Origin: Spirochaetota bacterium
Lineage (GTDB): Bacteria; Spirochaetota; UBA4802; UBA5550
Length of the DNA stretch: 64,000 nt
NCBI GenBank assembly: GCA_963664815.2
Contig: CAXXHB010000003.1
Coordinates: 896,001 to 960,000 of the forward strand
Direction: 5' to 3'
Below are positions 9,830 through 20,469 of the stretch, one piece after another. Position 1 is the stretch's first letter. Every line of letters starts with the position of its first letter. Under the pieces are notes generated by a model. It was given only the letters and a program-made list of their open reading frames with translations, was not told the origin of the DNA and did no database searches. The position numbers and the translations under genes are program-made.

Positions 9830-10570
9830 ATGAATGAAACAATAAGAATTATGAAAAACCACAGATCAATAAGAAGTTATCTTGATAAGGATGTTCCGGA
9901 TAATATAATTGATGAGCTCATTGCAGCAGCTCAATGGGCGCCGACTTCCGCAAACGGGCAGCAGATAAGCATAATAGTTGTTCGCGATAAAGATACCAGA
10001 TCAAAAATTGCTGTCATGGCAGGAGGGCAGTCATGGATCGCGAAGGCTCCTCTTTTCTTCCTGTTTGTTATGGATTATTATAAGGCTTCTATCGCGGCGG
10101 AAATGACAGGGAGAGAACTTGTAAATGTTGAAAGCATAGAGTCAACGATTGTAGCAGCTATTGATACAGGTCTTGCCATGCAGAGTATAATAACAGCTGC
10201 CGAATCTCTTGGACTCGGAATTGTACCGATAGGTGGCATCAGAAATGATCCGCAGGATATGATAGATCTCCTGGGGCTTCCGGAATATACCTTCCCGATT
10301 AACGGGCTGGTTATAGGTTACCCGTCTGATTTGTCGAAGCAGAAACCACGAATGCCTCAAAAGGCATTCAGACATGAAGGACAATATGATAAAGAAGCCG
10401 TGAAGACGGCCATCGCTGAATATGACGAGTTGATGGTACCATATCTGAAAAGCGTCGGACGCGAGTCTGAAGGGAATTGGACCAGGCAAGTCATGAATTA
10501 TTATGATCATATCGTATATCCGAAGACATTACCCGTTATGAGTAAACAGGGGTTTAAGAATCACAAGTAA
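9830..10570 (+). CDS. NADPH-dependent nitroreductase/flavin reductase (NfsA/NfrA1 family)
   Basis: HRSIRSY, AQWAPTSANGQ, AAESLGLGIVPIGGIRN and KPRMP motifs. Confidence 0.92.
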   Translation: MNETIRIMKNHRSIRSYLDKDVPDNIIDELIAAAQWAPTSANGQQISIIVVRDKDTRSKIAVMAGGQSWIAKAPLFFLFVMDYYKASIAAEMTGRELVNVESIESTIVAAIDTGLAMQSIITAAESLGLGIVPIGGIRNDPQDMIDLLGLPEYTFPINGLVIGYPSDLSKQKPRMPQKAFRHEGQYDKEAVKTAIAEYDELMVPYLKSVGRESEGNWTRQVMNYYDHIVYPKTLPVMSKQGFKNHK

Positions 10571-10690
10571 CAGTCCAGGATAAGTTTTAGAGTTATCAGG
10601 GGATGCAATTAATCCGCACGGAACCGGAGTCAGGATCTAAAAAGGAGAAGAGCAGAAACAAAATAGAATAATTTATTAGTAAGTCTTTTA

Positions 10691-10735
10691 TTAAAAAGAG
10701 GATGCGATTAATCATGATATCACATCCTCTTTTAA
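10691..10735. terminator. Bidirectional terminator hairpin between convergent genes
   Basis: ttaaaaagaggatgcgat ... atcacatcctcttttaa. Confidence 0.65.
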
Positions 10736-10759
10736 CAAACATATGAACATATAAAAGTA

Positions 10760-11707
10760 TTATGCATTCAGAGATTTTACAGCCTTCAGCATTTTTATTA
10801 TTTTTATATTTCTCTTTTGCTGCAGTTCAGAAATATCGACATTGCTGTAATCTTTAATTCCACGGCCAGATTTAATCCCCAGAAATCCTTTTGCTACAAA
10901 ATCATCGGCCACCGGATTCCCACCCGTGCTGTTGCATAACTGAGGGTGTATAAAAGAAGCTACTGCTTTTGCAACATCCCATCCTACATGATCAAGCAAT
11001 TCCATATGACCTTCGAAGGGATAACGGGGCCCGAAGGTTGATATTATAGCCGCGTCAATATCTTCAGCGGTTGTCCATCCCTGGTCTATCATGTGGCACG
11101 CTTCACGTGCTATTGCAACTGATAGACGGTTAATTATAAAACCGGGGATATATTGTTTGATGATAGCCGGGATTTTACCTATCTGGAGGAGTATGTTTTT
11201 TACTTTGTCAACAGTTTCGGGAGAAGTTTCAGATCCTATAACAACTTCCACTAAAGGCATAATATGCGGCGGATTAAACCAGTGAGCAATTATTAAACGT
11301 TCGGGATGTGAAATTTCTTTTGCAATTTCAAAAATATTTAAAGCTGATGTATTGCTGGTAAAAATACAGTCAGGTTTGCATAATTTATCCAACGTATTGT
11401 AAAGAGCTCGTTTGGCATCCGGATTTTCAATAATAGTCTCTACAACTAAATCTGCATCGGGTGCAGTTTTATCAAATCCGGTTTCGTATATGATCATTTT
11501 TTCAGCCTTGTCAGCTTCGGCTTTAGTTATCTCTGACAGATCAACAAGAGTGGCAAGATTGTTCGTTATCATTTTTTTTGCCAGTTTCAGCTGATCCTCA
11601 CTCTGATCTGTTAAAGTGGTTTCAAATCCATTTACAGCAAATTTCTGAGCAATAGAATGTCCCATAGTCCCTGCACCGATTACAAGTATCTTCCAGTTTT
11701 TAAACAT
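10760..11707 (-). CDS. 3-hydroxyacyl-CoA dehydrogenase family protein
   Basis: VIGAGTMG Rossmann motif, VETIIE, SNTSAL, HWFNPPH and PGFIINRL; RBS aggagg before ATG 11707. Confidence 0.92.
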   Translation of the reverse strand: MFKNWKILVIGAGTMGHSIAQKFAVNGFETTLTDQSEDQLKLAKKMITNNLATLVDLSEITKAEADKAEKMIIYETGFDKTAPDADLVVETIIENPDAKRALYNTLDKLCKPDCIFTSNTSALNIFEIAKEISHPERLIIAHWFNPPHIMPLVEVVIGSETSPETVDKVKNILLQIGKIPAIIKQYIPGFIINRLSVAIAREACHMIDQGWTTAEDIDAAIISTFGPRYPFEGHMELLDHVGWDVAKAVASFIHPQLCNSTGGNPVADDFVAKGFLGIKSGRGIKDYSNVDISELQQKRNIKIIKMLKAVKSLNA

Positions 11708-11769
11708 ATTAAACCTCCTGTTCATAAATTTAAATGTCAGTATAGTTCCTGCCTGTTTGTTATATTTCC

Positions 11770-12747
11770 TCAGAAGTCAAAGAAATTCTTAGGATTTTCA
11801 ATCAGTATTGTGTTGATCTGCTGATCTGTTATACCTGCATGTTTTAAAGCAGGTATAATATCTTTTGCAATATGGGCCGGATGCCAGCTGGATACTAATG
11901 GCAATACCTGTTCAGGAAGAACAAGCGGCCTGCCTAGCCAGTGAGAGATTGAATCATGTGAAAGCATAATCTGTTCAGAGTAACCCATACCAATCAGCCC
12001 TATAATACAGGCTAATCTATGTTTATCCAGAGGAGCACCTCCAATAACCTGCAGGCCGAGCCTGTCGAAACCAATGTAGACACCTTTATCAAGGACAGTT
12101 GCAAGATATGCTATATCGGTATTGCCGCATATATGTCCTATCATGATATGTTTTGTATCAGCACCTTCAGCAATAAGGAAATCCGCCTGTTCAGGTCCTA
12201 ACTTGCCGGATTCAGTATGTGTTATTATTGGAATTTTTTTTTCTTTTGAAACACGTGCCGCTGCCCTGAAAAATAATGATTCGTATTTGCTTATTTCATC
12301 CATTCCGGATGCAAGTTTGAATACACCTGCTTTTATACCGGTACCGGCAATTCCATCAGAAGCCTCCTTGTCGAACATTTCAAGAATTTCAGATCCGGCA
12401 TCACAAAGGGAGCTTCTGAATTTAAAATAAACAGGAGCGCCTTCTTCTTCAAAATAAAAGCCGGATGAGCATACGATGTTAAGTCCGGATCTTTCTGAAA
12501 CCTCCTTTAAAAATTCCGGATCCCTGCCGCAATCGTTTGGTGTGGCATCCACTACAGTTTTTACGCCGCAGGATTTTACAAGTTCAGCTGTGCCAAGACA
12601 GGTTTTCATTGCCTGTTCACGGTTAAAACTGCCTAATGTCGAGTCACCATACCATCCCGGATAACCGAATAAAAAATGTTCATGCATAAGGGTATTGCCG
12701 ATTTCAGATGAAGGAACAGAACCTTTAACTGTATTTACTTTTCCCAT
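11770..12747 (-). CDS. Phosphotriesterase-like lactonase (PLL, Geobacillus GkaP/Deinococcus DrOPH-like)
   Basis: HEHFLFGYPG, DATPNDCGRDP, GVFKLAS (carboxylated Lys), ITHTE, GHICGNTD, FDRLG and LSHD motifs. Confidence 0.92.
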   Translation of the reverse strand: MGKVNTVKGSVPSSEIGNTLMHEHFLFGYPGWYGDSTLGSFNREQAMKTCLGTAELVKSCGVKTVVDATPNDCGRDPEFLKEVSERSGLNIVCSSGFYFEEEGAPVYFKFRSSLCDAGSEILEMFDKEASDGIAGTGIKAGVFKLASGMDEISKYESLFFRAAARVSKEKKIPIITHTESGKLGPEQADFLIAEGADTKHIMIGHICGNTDIAYLATVLDKGVYIGFDRLGLQVIGGAPLDKHRLACIIGLIGMGYSEQIMLSHDSISHWLGRPLVLPEQVLPLVSSWHPAHIAKDIIPALKHAGITDQQINTILIENPKNFFDF

Positions 12748-12761
12748 AAATGGTCTCCTCT

Positions 12762-14432
12762 CTATTTTTTTAATTCATCTTTTAATATCTTCCGCATAAT
12801 TTTTCCAGTTGCACTTTTGGGAAGAGTGTCGCGGAATTCAATATGCCGTGGATATTTGTAAACTGACATCTGATCTTTTGCCCAGTCAATAATCTCTGAA
12901 GCGGTGATTTTACCTTTCCATTCTTCTTTTAATATTATGTATGCTTTTACATCTTCCCCCCGGTATTCATCCGGTATCCCTATTACGCAGCATTCCGAAA
13001 TGGCCTGGTGCTGGTATAGATATTTTTCAACTTCGGCAGGGAAAACACTGTAGCCGGAGGCTTTTATCATCTCCTTTGTCCTTCCGACTATAAAGATATA
13101 GCCGTCTTCATCCATTACAATAACATCTCCCGTGGCAAGCCATCCTTCCTCTCTGAAACTTTCAGCCTGTGCCTCCGGTCCCTGCCTCCAGTATTCCCGG
13201 GCGATTGATGGACCTCTCATCCACATTTCACCTTCCTGTCCGCGCGGAACATTCTTTGTAGGGTCCTCCATATCGGCAACACGGACGTCAAATCCGCGTA
13301 CCACAATTCCGCAGCTTCCGGGTTTTACATGTCCGACAGGACTTACCAATGGAGCGGAAGCTGTTTCACTCATACCCCATCCGTCTATGAGGTCCAGACC
13401 GAATACATCCTTGTAGCGTTTAATCAGTTCGGCGGGAACCGGAGCGCCCCCTGTTGCGATGGCCTCATATGAAGACAGGTCGTATTTTTTCAGGTTTGGA
13501 TGGTTGATTACAGCAATATTCATTGTGGTGATGGCAACCCAACACGTTATTTTGTAGAGTTCGGAAGCTTTGAAAAAAACTTCTGTATCAAAACGGGTAA
13601 AAAGAACTATTGTCGCGCCGAGAAAAATCGGCCCGTTCATGTTATTCTGCATACCGGTGATATGGAAAATCGGGACAACAGCTCCATACACACTGTCGGC
13701 ATGTCCTCCAAGGAGTTTGGGGAGCTGGATGGCATTTACCAGCATATTGCGGTGAGTAAGCATAGCACCTTTAGGAACTCCGGTTGTGCCTGAAGTGTAT
13801 TGCAGACAGGCCAGATCTTTATCAATATCTAAGGTTTCATACTTTTCTATGGGTGTACTTTTTATAAACTCCTTCCAGTTAATAGATCCGCTGTAATCCA
13901 GGTTCTCAACTGTCATTCCTGAGGGTACCGGAATTTCCGGAGATGCAGGGAGATACTCTGCCAGTGACGTTACAATTATCGTATCTACTTTGACCTGGCT
14001 CCGTATGCTTTGAAATACCGGATAGTTATCCTCCTCCAGTATCGCAACTTTTGCACCGCAGTCGTTAAGTATGTAGCTGAGCTCACCTTTTTTAAACATG
14101 GGGCTTCCGCCGATGATAACTCCACCTACAGCCATTGTAGCGTAGTATGATATTATAAACTGGGGGCAGTTCTGCATGCCCAGATACACTCTGTCACCTT
14201 TCTGCACTCCGAGTTTTTTTAAACCTCCGGCGGTATTAAGAACCAGTTTCTCAAGATCCCTGTAACTTATCCTTGTACCATAAAAGATAACAGCAGTTTT
14301 ATCGGGATGGCGGAGTGCATTCACATGGAGATGCCATACTATTGGCATATTGCCATGTTCAAAATATTCAGGCCAGGTATCAGGCCATACACCTCCCCTG
14401 TCCCAATTTCTTACTTCCGGCTGGTATTTCAT
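12762..14432 (-). CDS. Long-chain fatty-acid--CoA ligase family protein
   Basis: QYTSGTTGVPKGAMLTH, GWGMSET, TGDV, GRTKEMIKASGYSVFPAEVE and LPKSATGKI; RBS gaggtg before ATG 14432. Confidence 0.92.
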   Translation of the reverse strand: MKYQPEVRNWDRGGVWPDTWPEYFEHGNMPIVWHLHVNALRHPDKTAVIFYGTRISYRDLEKLVLNTAGGLKKLGVQKGDRVYLGMQNCPQFIISYYATMAVGGVIIGGSPMFKKGELSYILNDCGAKVAILEEDNYPVFQSIRSQVKVDTIIVTSLAEYLPASPEIPVPSGMTVENLDYSGSINWKEFIKSTPIEKYETLDIDKDLACLQYTSGTTGVPKGAMLTHRNMLVNAIQLPKLLGGHADSVYGAVVPIFHITGMQNNMNGPIFLGATIVLFTRFDTEVFFKASELYKITCWVAITTMNIAVINHPNLKKYDLSSYEAIATGGAPVPAELIKRYKDVFGLDLIDGWGMSETASAPLVSPVGHVKPGSCGIVVRGFDVRVADMEDPTKNVPRGQEGEMWMRGPSIAREYWRQGPEAQAESFREEGWLATGDVIVMDEDGYIFIVGRTKEMIKASGYSVFPAEVEKYLYQHQAISECCVIGIPDEYRGEDVKAYIILKEEWKGKITASEIIDWAKDQMSVYKYPRHIEFRDTLPKSATGKIMRKILKDELKK

Positions 14433-14512
14433 TTTGCACCTCTTGATATAAATTTTTAGATTTGCGGATACTGACATTTAAAGCGATACTACATCAGACA
14501 GCCGGTATTGTC

Positions 14513-14558
14513 TTATGAATATATATGTTTTAAATGGATGGATGTTATGAATATATAT
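14513..14558. promoter_or_regulatory. Direct repeat ttatgaatatatat x2 (32-bp spacing) in the divergent ligase/AraC promoter; putative AraC sites
   Basis: Perfect 14-bp direct repeat at 14513-14526 and 14545-14558. Confidence 0.45.
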
Positions 14559-14644
14559 ATCTTAAAACTTAATTTTTTAGTTGAACTTTTGTATTCATCA
14601 TTTAAAATTGAAGAGTTAAGACTATTTCATCTGAAGCGGGATAA

Positions 14645-15790
14645 ATGCAAATTATTCATCAGCACATGATGTTTCTTGGAGCCTACTTTTCAATAATACT
14701 CGGGATTGGCCAGTTCGTACAGAAGGATAAGCCCTTCGCAGGTTATATTTATGGTATATCTTTTATCAGTATGGGCTTATGGATTTTTCATGTATGTTCC
14801 TATTCGACAGGAATTTTTAATAATGTTTATATTATTAATTTATTACTGATTCCATTTGGTTTTATATCAGCACCGATAATGACGTTGAGATATCAGTGGC
14901 TTATAAATCAGACTAAAATAACAGAAAGAAGGTTAATAATATACCTGATTCCTGCTGTAATTTCATTTTGTGTAATGTTATATCCTGTTTTTGACAGAAC
15001 AATTATTATAAGGGCGGAATACCTTCAGGGCATTCCGATTCTTTCTGCGGATTATCTGAAACTGCCTGTTTATTTCAGGATAGTACACCTTTTTTATTTA
15101 CTCCCTAAAGTATACCTTGTTGCATTTATGCTTTTTAAATTGAAATTTCTTGCAGGTTTCTGGAAGGTCAGGAAAGGATCTAAGAATGTAGTAATGCGGG
15201 CCGGTTATATTTTTGCATTTGATTCAATATTTTCAACATTTTTAACGGCAATTGGTGATTTGTATTCTACCAGTATAATAACTTGGGCTATTCTTTACTG
15301 TAATGTAAACTTTTATGTACTATTTATATTTGGTCAGCGAAATCCTGAATATAACAGGGTAATTAAAACTGAAATTGTAAAAAGTCGTTATGAGAAATCT
15401 AAAATTAAATATCTTGATATTGAATCGATTTTATCAAATCTTCATGATATAATGGAGAATCAGAAAGCTTTCGCATCGGAGGATATAACAATTAAAATTA
15501 TTGCTGATGAACTTGGTATTACTGTTCATCAACTGTCTGAAATTTTAAATGAAAAGATTAAGAAGAATTTCAATTCTTTCATCAATGATTATAGAATTGA
15601 TGAAGCAAAAAAGTTGTTAATTGCAGAACCAGGGAGGACTATAACGTCTGTTGCATTGGCTGTAGGATTCAATAGTAATACTGCATTCAGCACAATCTTT
15701 TCCAGAACGACCGGAATTACTCCAAAGGAATACAGGATAAAGATGAGCAAGTGCGGAAAAACAGCATTTCCGGTGAAGGATGAATCCTGA
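14645..15790 (+). CDS. Membrane-anchored (multi-TM) AraC-family transcriptional regulator
   Basis: About 6-7 hydrophobic segments, then HQLSEILNE...FINDYRIDEAK...VGFNSNTAFS...TPKEYR AraC HTH. Confidence 0.9.
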   Translation: MQIIHQHMMFLGAYFSIILGIGQFVQKDKPFAGYIYGISFISMGLWIFHVCSYSTGIFNNVYIINLLLIPFGFISAPIMTLRYQWLINQTKITERRLIIYLIPAVISFCVMLYPVFDRTIIIRAEYLQGIPILSADYLKLPVYFRIVHLFYLLPKVYLVAFMLFKLKFLAGFWKVRKGSKNVVMRAGYIFAFDSIFSTFLTAIGDLYSTSIITWAILYCNVNFYVLFIFGQRNPEYNRVIKTEIVKSRYEKSKIKYLDIESILSNLHDIMENQKAFASEDITIKIIADELGITVHQLSEILNEKIKKNFNSFINDYRIDEAKKLLIAEPGRTITSVALAVGFNSNTAFSTIFSRTTGITPKEYRIKMSKCGKTAFPVKDES

Positions 15791-15977
15791 TCCTGGTTTA
15801 AAAAATGTAAGGCCCTCAAACTATCACCTGTTAATATCAATTTATTAAGACAACGAATCATCAAGTGTATATCTTTTTTCAGTGACCTCTATTTCAGTTG
15901 AATTGATATGTTGAGAATCCGGATTCTGTATAAAAAATTATAAAGGGTTGACATTTTTTATATATCAGGTATTTTAG

Positions 15978-15991
15978 AGACCGATCGGTCT
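15978..15991. promoter_or_regulatory. Perfect TetR-type operator palindrome agaccgatcggtct
   Basis: 14-bp perfect palindrome 7 bp upstream of the TetR start; ttgaca at 15948. Confidence 0.7.
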
Positions 15992-15998
15992 GTATAAT

Positions 15999-16601
15999 AT
16001 GAATAATACTCCTGCATTGAAAGAAAAGATAATTGAAGAGTCCCTTAAACTTTTTTCTGTTAAGGGATACATGAGTACATCAACCATGGATATAATTCAG
16101 GCTGCAGGTACTTCCAAAGGGGGGTTTTATAATTACTTCGGGTCCAAGGAACAACTTTTTCATGAAACACTGAGTGCCGCGAGAAAGATCTGGCGTGAAA
16201 GAAATCTTTATGGGCTTGATAATATAGAACGGCCTCTTGTAAAAATTCAGAAATTGCTGGAGAACTACCGTGACCGTTATCTTGCTGATTCACATAATTT
16301 TCCGGGAGGGTGTATCTTTGTGAATCTTTCTGTTGAATTGAACGACCAGTCCCCGACTCTTGCAAAAGAAGTGAATGATGGATTCCTCCGCCTGAGAAAA
16401 ATGATTAAACGTCTTCTTGATGAAGAGAAAAAAACCGGAGGAATCAATCCCTCAGTAAATACCGGTGAAGCATCGGATCTTCTTCTTTCCGGTCTTCTCG
16501 GAACCTGTGTAGTGTATACCTCTGATAAATCGAAGAAGAGGCTGGATTCAACTATCGGTTCACTTATATCATATTTAAAAAACATGGAAATCAGAAAATA
16601 G
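15999..16601 (+). CDS. TetR family regulator (AcuR/NemR-like)
   Basis: KGYMSTS...KGGFYNYFGSKE HTH and GGCIFVNLSVE C-terminal motif; precedes an acuI-like gene. Confidence 0.9.
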   Translation: MNNTPALKEKIIEESLKLFSVKGYMSTSTMDIIQAAGTSKGGFYNYFGSKEQLFHETLSAARKIWRERNLYGLDNIERPLVKIQKLLENYRDRYLADSHNFPGGCIFVNLSVELNDQSPTLAKEVNDGFLRLRKMIKRLLDEEKKTGGINPSVNTGEASDLLLSGLLGTCVVYTSDKSKKRLDSTIGSLISYLKNMEIRK

Positions 16602-16684
16602 TTAACAACGGTTTAATATGTTATTGTCTGTTAAAATTATATCAGCATAGATTCTGCAATTAAATTTCATATGAGGTTGTGATT

Positions 16685-17680
16685 ATGAATAAAAATTACC
16701 GCGCAATTGTTGTAAAGGAATCCGATGAAAAACAATTTAAATCCGGAGTTGAAGAGCTATCAGTCGATAATCTTCCTGATGGAGATGTTCTTGTGAGAGT
16801 TCACTATTCATCTTTAAATTACAAGGATATGCTTTCTGCATCAGGGAACAGAGGCGTAACAAAAAAATATCCTCACACCCCGGGAATTGATGCTGCAGGA
16901 GTTGTTGCAGAGAGCAGATCATCAGAATTTAAAACCGGCGATGAAGTAATTGTAACCAGCTATGATCTCGGTATGAATACATCCGGCGGGCTGGGTGAAT
17001 ATATCAGAGTTCCTGAATCATGGGTAGTCCGAAAGCCGGCAAATCTCTCATTGCGTGAAAGCATGATATTCGGAACAGCAGGTTTTACGGCAGCACTTTC
17101 GATCCTGCGTCTGGAGGATTTTGGAATTGATAAAAATGCAGCAGTTTTAGTTACAGGTGCAAGCGGCGGAGTCGGCAGTGTTGCTGTATCTATTTTATCC
17201 TATTGCGGTTATACAGTTAATTCACTTAACGGCCTTTATGATAAGAGCACTTTTCTTAAAAGCATAGGTTCATCAGAAGTGATAGAGCCTGCTGATTTTA
17301 ATGACACAAGCGGAAGACCGCTTCTGAAAGAGAGGTGGGGCGCTTGCGTAGATACTGTCGGCGGTAATATACTTACTGCTGCGATACGTTCAATACATGC
17401 AAATGGTGCAGTTACCTGCTGCGGTAATGCGGTTTCCGCTGATATCCCGTTGACGGTTTACCCGTTTATTTTAAGGGGAGTATCTCTATTCGGGATTGAT
17501 TCGCAGAACTGCCCGATGAAGCTCCGTACCAGGGCATGGGATATGATTGCTGAAAAATGGAAATTTCCATGGCTCGAGTCTCTTGCATCTGAGGTTACGC
17601 TGGAAGGAGCAGTGGCCGGAATAGAAAAGATAAAATCGGGACAGAACAGTGGAAGAATAATTGTGAATCTTCTGCATTGA
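16685..17680 (+). CDS. acuI: YhdH/YhfP (AcuI-like) acryloyl-CoA reductase / MDR oxidoreductase
   Basis: YSSLNYKD, PGIDAAG, GTAGFTAAL, VTGASGGVGS and PFILRGVSLFGIDS motifs. Confidence 0.85.
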   Translation: MNKNYRAIVVKESDEKQFKSGVEELSVDNLPDGDVLVRVHYSSLNYKDMLSASGNRGVTKKYPHTPGIDAAGVVAESRSSEFKTGDEVIVTSYDLGMNTSGGLGEYIRVPESWVVRKPANLSLRESMIFGTAGFTAALSILRLEDFGIDKNAAVLVTGASGGVGSVAVSILSYCGYTVNSLNGLYDKSTFLKSIGSSEVIEPADFNDTSGRPLLKERWGACVDTVGGNILTAAIRSIHANGAVTCCGNAVSADIPLTVYPFILRGVSLFGIDSQNCPMKLRTRAWDMIAEKWKFPWLESLASEVTLEGAVAGIEKIKSGQNSGRIIVNLLH

Positions 17681-17721
17681 AATAGATTGAATTTAATGTT
17701 ATAAAATTTCCGGAGGAAAGT

Positions 17722-18537
17722 ATGGAAAAGAAGAATATGAGCATTGAAAGGAATGGGAATATTGCCATTGTAACAATTAACCGGCCGGAAAGAATGAATG
17801 CATTTGATGAATCTCTTTTCAGTAAGCTTGAAAAAGTGACTGAAGAACTGAAGCTCGATCTTCCTCGTGCTGTTGTGATTACCGGTGCAGGAGATAAATC
17901 TTTCAGTGCCGGATTTGATGTAAACCCTGATAACCCCATGGTGAAACGGATTATTGAGGCTGCGTCAAAAAAAGATCCAAAACCGGCAAGGGAACTTATT
18001 GAGTCAATAAGAAGAGCTGTTAATGGATTTGTTACTCTTCCTGTGCCGATAATAGCGGCACTGAACGGCAGTGCATACGGTGGAGGGGCAGAGCTGGCAA
18101 TGCAATGCGACATGAGGATTATTGATCCGGACTCTGTTATCTGTTTTTCAGAAACAAAACTTGGGCTTATGCCGGACTGGGGAGGCTGTGCCGCGCTGGC
18201 GCGGATAGCCGGATCATCCCTTGCATCGGAATTGATACTCACTGCAAGAAAAGTAAGTGCTGATGAATCACTCAGGACGGGTATAGTAAACAGGATAAGT
18301 GCAAAGGGGGATGTTCTTGGTGAAGCATTATCAATAGCCCGGACCATAGCAGCAAATGGTCCGCGTGCCGTGAGACATGCATTGGCTGTAATCAGAGAGT
18401 CACGGAACCTTACATTCCGGCAATCACTTGAGATGGAGTCTGAGCAGGCTGTATTGCTGATATCATCAGGTGAGTGCTTTCATGGTGTGGGAGCATTTCT
18501 GAATAAACAGGAACCTGTTTTTCCCGAAATAAATTAA
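17722..18537 (+). CDS. Enoyl-CoA hydratase/isomerase (crotonase) family
   Basis: INRPERMNAF, FSAGFD, IAALNGSAYGGGAELAMQCD and ETKLGLMPDWGG motifs. Confidence 0.92.
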   Translation: MEKKNMSIERNGNIAIVTINRPERMNAFDESLFSKLEKVTEELKLDLPRAVVITGAGDKSFSAGFDVNPDNPMVKRIIEAASKKDPKPARELIESIRRAVNGFVTLPVPIIAALNGSAYGGGAELAMQCDMRIIDPDSVICFSETKLGLMPDWGGCAALARIAGSSLASELILTARKVSADESLRTGIVNRISAKGDVLGEALSIARTIAANGPRAVRHALAVIRESRNLTFRQSLEMESEQAVLLISSGECFHGVGAFLNKQEPVFPEIN

Positions 18538-19027
18538 TGAAATCAGGGAAAAGTTGATCCTGCACTTCTTTTCTTTGAAGCACACCAGTCAACAGAGTCC
18601 ATCCCAGATGAACTGCTGAACTTCATCCTGCTGCATTTACAGCTGCATTTCCCGGCTCCGAATATTATGACCATAACATCTGCCATTTTATAGTATTACA
18701 TCTAAAACCATTTCTGTATGGTGATTAATATTTCTGTATAAAGGATTTTCTATCGAATTGTTCATTTATATTCTTTCCTGTTAAATGTATTATTTTATCA
18801 TATATCTGATCTGTTTTTTAGTATGGTTTCATATTTGCATTCAGATTTTATGTCATCCGTTAAGATACTTGACAAAATTCATTATTTATATAATTAAGTC
18901 GATTAAATTAGTAGTATATCAATCTTCTGAGTTTAAACTATAATCAATTTCTTTCAGAGCAATGTTTTTTACAGTCTAAAGTATTAAATGAGTTATTTTT
19001 ATAAAAAATTTTTTTTCTTATTTTTTA

Positions 19028-19074
19028 TTGACAAAATAATACGGCAATTAAATTACTACTAAAACAATAGTAAT
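19028..19074 (+). promoter_or_regulatory. Promoter with Rrf2/CymR-like palindromic operator upstream of metY
   Basis: ttgaca at 19028; attacta-N9-tagtaat at 19052-19074. Confidence 0.5.
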
Positions 19075-19101
19075 GATAGTGATTAGAATAGGGGGTATAA
19101 A

Positions 19102-20400
19102 ATGAGTAAAATAGATGCGCAATTAAGAAGGGAGTCATTAGTACTTCATGCAGGTCAGGAACCGGATCCTGTTACCGGCTCAAGAGCAGTTCCAATTTAT
19201 CAGACTACATCATATCAGTTCAATAATACTGATCATGCTGCGGCACTTTTCGGTTTAACGGAATTTGGAAATATCTATACACGTCTGATGAATCCCACAA
19301 CAGATGTTCTTGAGAAGAGAATAGCAGCGCTTGAGGGTGGTATCGGAGCGCTTGCTACAGCAAGCGGCCAGGCGGCCATATCGCTTTCATTGCTGAACAT
19401 TGCCAGATCAGGAGATGAAATAGTCTCTGCGGATAATCTTTATGGCGGAACATATAACCTTTTCCATAACACATTTGCTAAATTTGGTATTAAAGTAAAT
19501 TTTGTTAAATCAAATGACCTTGATGCAATTGAAAAGGCAATTACTTCCAAAACAAAGGCTGTTTATGCGGAGTCAATTGGTAATCCAAAACTCGATGTGG
19601 CAAATCTGGAGGGCATATCGGCGATTGCACATAAACATGGTATCCCATTTGTCCTGGATAATACTGTTTCTCCATATTTACTGAGACCTTTTGATTATGG
19701 CGTTGATATCATAGTATATTCTGCAACGAAGTTTATAGGTGGACATGGAACAACAATGGGTGGAGTAATTGTAGATTCCGGCAAGTTCAATTGGGATAGC
19801 GGGAAATTCCCATTAATCTCAGATCCGGAGCCGAGTTACCATGGGCTTAAGTTTATTGAAGCGCTGGCGCCTATTGGTAATATTGCGTATATACTGAAAG
19901 CAAGAGTAACCCTGCTCAGGGACCTTGGCCCGGCAATATCTCCTATAAGTTCATTCCTGCTGCTTCAGGGACTTGAAACATTACATCTTAGAATGCCCAG
20001 GCATGCGGAAAATGCCCTTGCTGTTGCTAAACACCTTGAAAACCATAAGTCAGTCGCATGGGTTGCCTATCCTGGTCTTGATAAAAGTCCTGATAAAAAG
20101 CTTGCAGATAAATATCTGAAAGGCGGTGCTGGCGCGATAATAGGTTTTGGTATAAAAGGCGGGATTGAAGCGGGTAAGAAATTTATAAATTCACTTGAAC
20201 TCATATCACATCTTGCGAACGTGGGGGATGCGAAAACTCTTGCTATACATCCGGCGAGTACTACTCACCAGCAGCTTTCACCTGATGAACAGGCTGCAAC
20301 AGGTGTAACTCCGGATTTTATCAGGCTTTCAATCGGGATTGAGCATATTGATGATATACTGGCTGATATAAACCAGGCACTGGAAAAAGCAGTTAAATAG
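19102..20400 (+). CDS. metY: O-acetylhomoserine sulfhydrylase (aminocarboxypropyltransferase)
   Basis: [29 protein letters not shown] (PLP Lys), [23 protein letters not shown]. Confidence 0.95.
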   Translation: MSKIDAQLRRESLVLHAGQEPDPVTGSRAVPIYQTTSYQFNNTDHAAALFGLTEFGNIYTRLMNPTTDVLEKRIAALEGGIGALATASGQAAISLSLLNIARSGDEIVSADNLYGGTYNLFHNTFAKFGIKVNFVKSNDLDAIEKAITSKTKAVYAESIGNPKLDVANLEGISAIAHKHGIPFVLDNTVSPYLLRPFDYGVDIIVYSATKFIGGHGTTMGGVIVDSGKFNWDSGKFPLISDPEPSYHGLKFIEALAPIGNIAYILKARVTLLRDLGPAISPISSFLLLQGLETLHLRMPRHAENALAVAKHLENHKSVAWVAYPGLDKSPDKKLADKYLKGGAGAIIGFGIKGGIEAGKKFINSLELISHLANVGDAKTLAIHPASTTHQQLSPDEQAATGVTPDFIRLSIGIEHIDDILADINQALEKAVK

Positions 20401-20469
20401 ATTAATTTATTTTATATGTGGGTATAATGCAATCTCCCATGAAGAGTTTAAAACAAATGAGGTAACAGT

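Noticed and set aside
18543-18686. Short minus-strand ORF (MADVMVIIFGAGKCSCKC...)
   Set aside because: Under 50 aa with no recognisable homology
18880-19100. SAM riboswitch or T-box upstream of metY
   Set aside because: The leader is short and AT-rich with no S-box/T-box consensus; a protein operator palindrome explains it better
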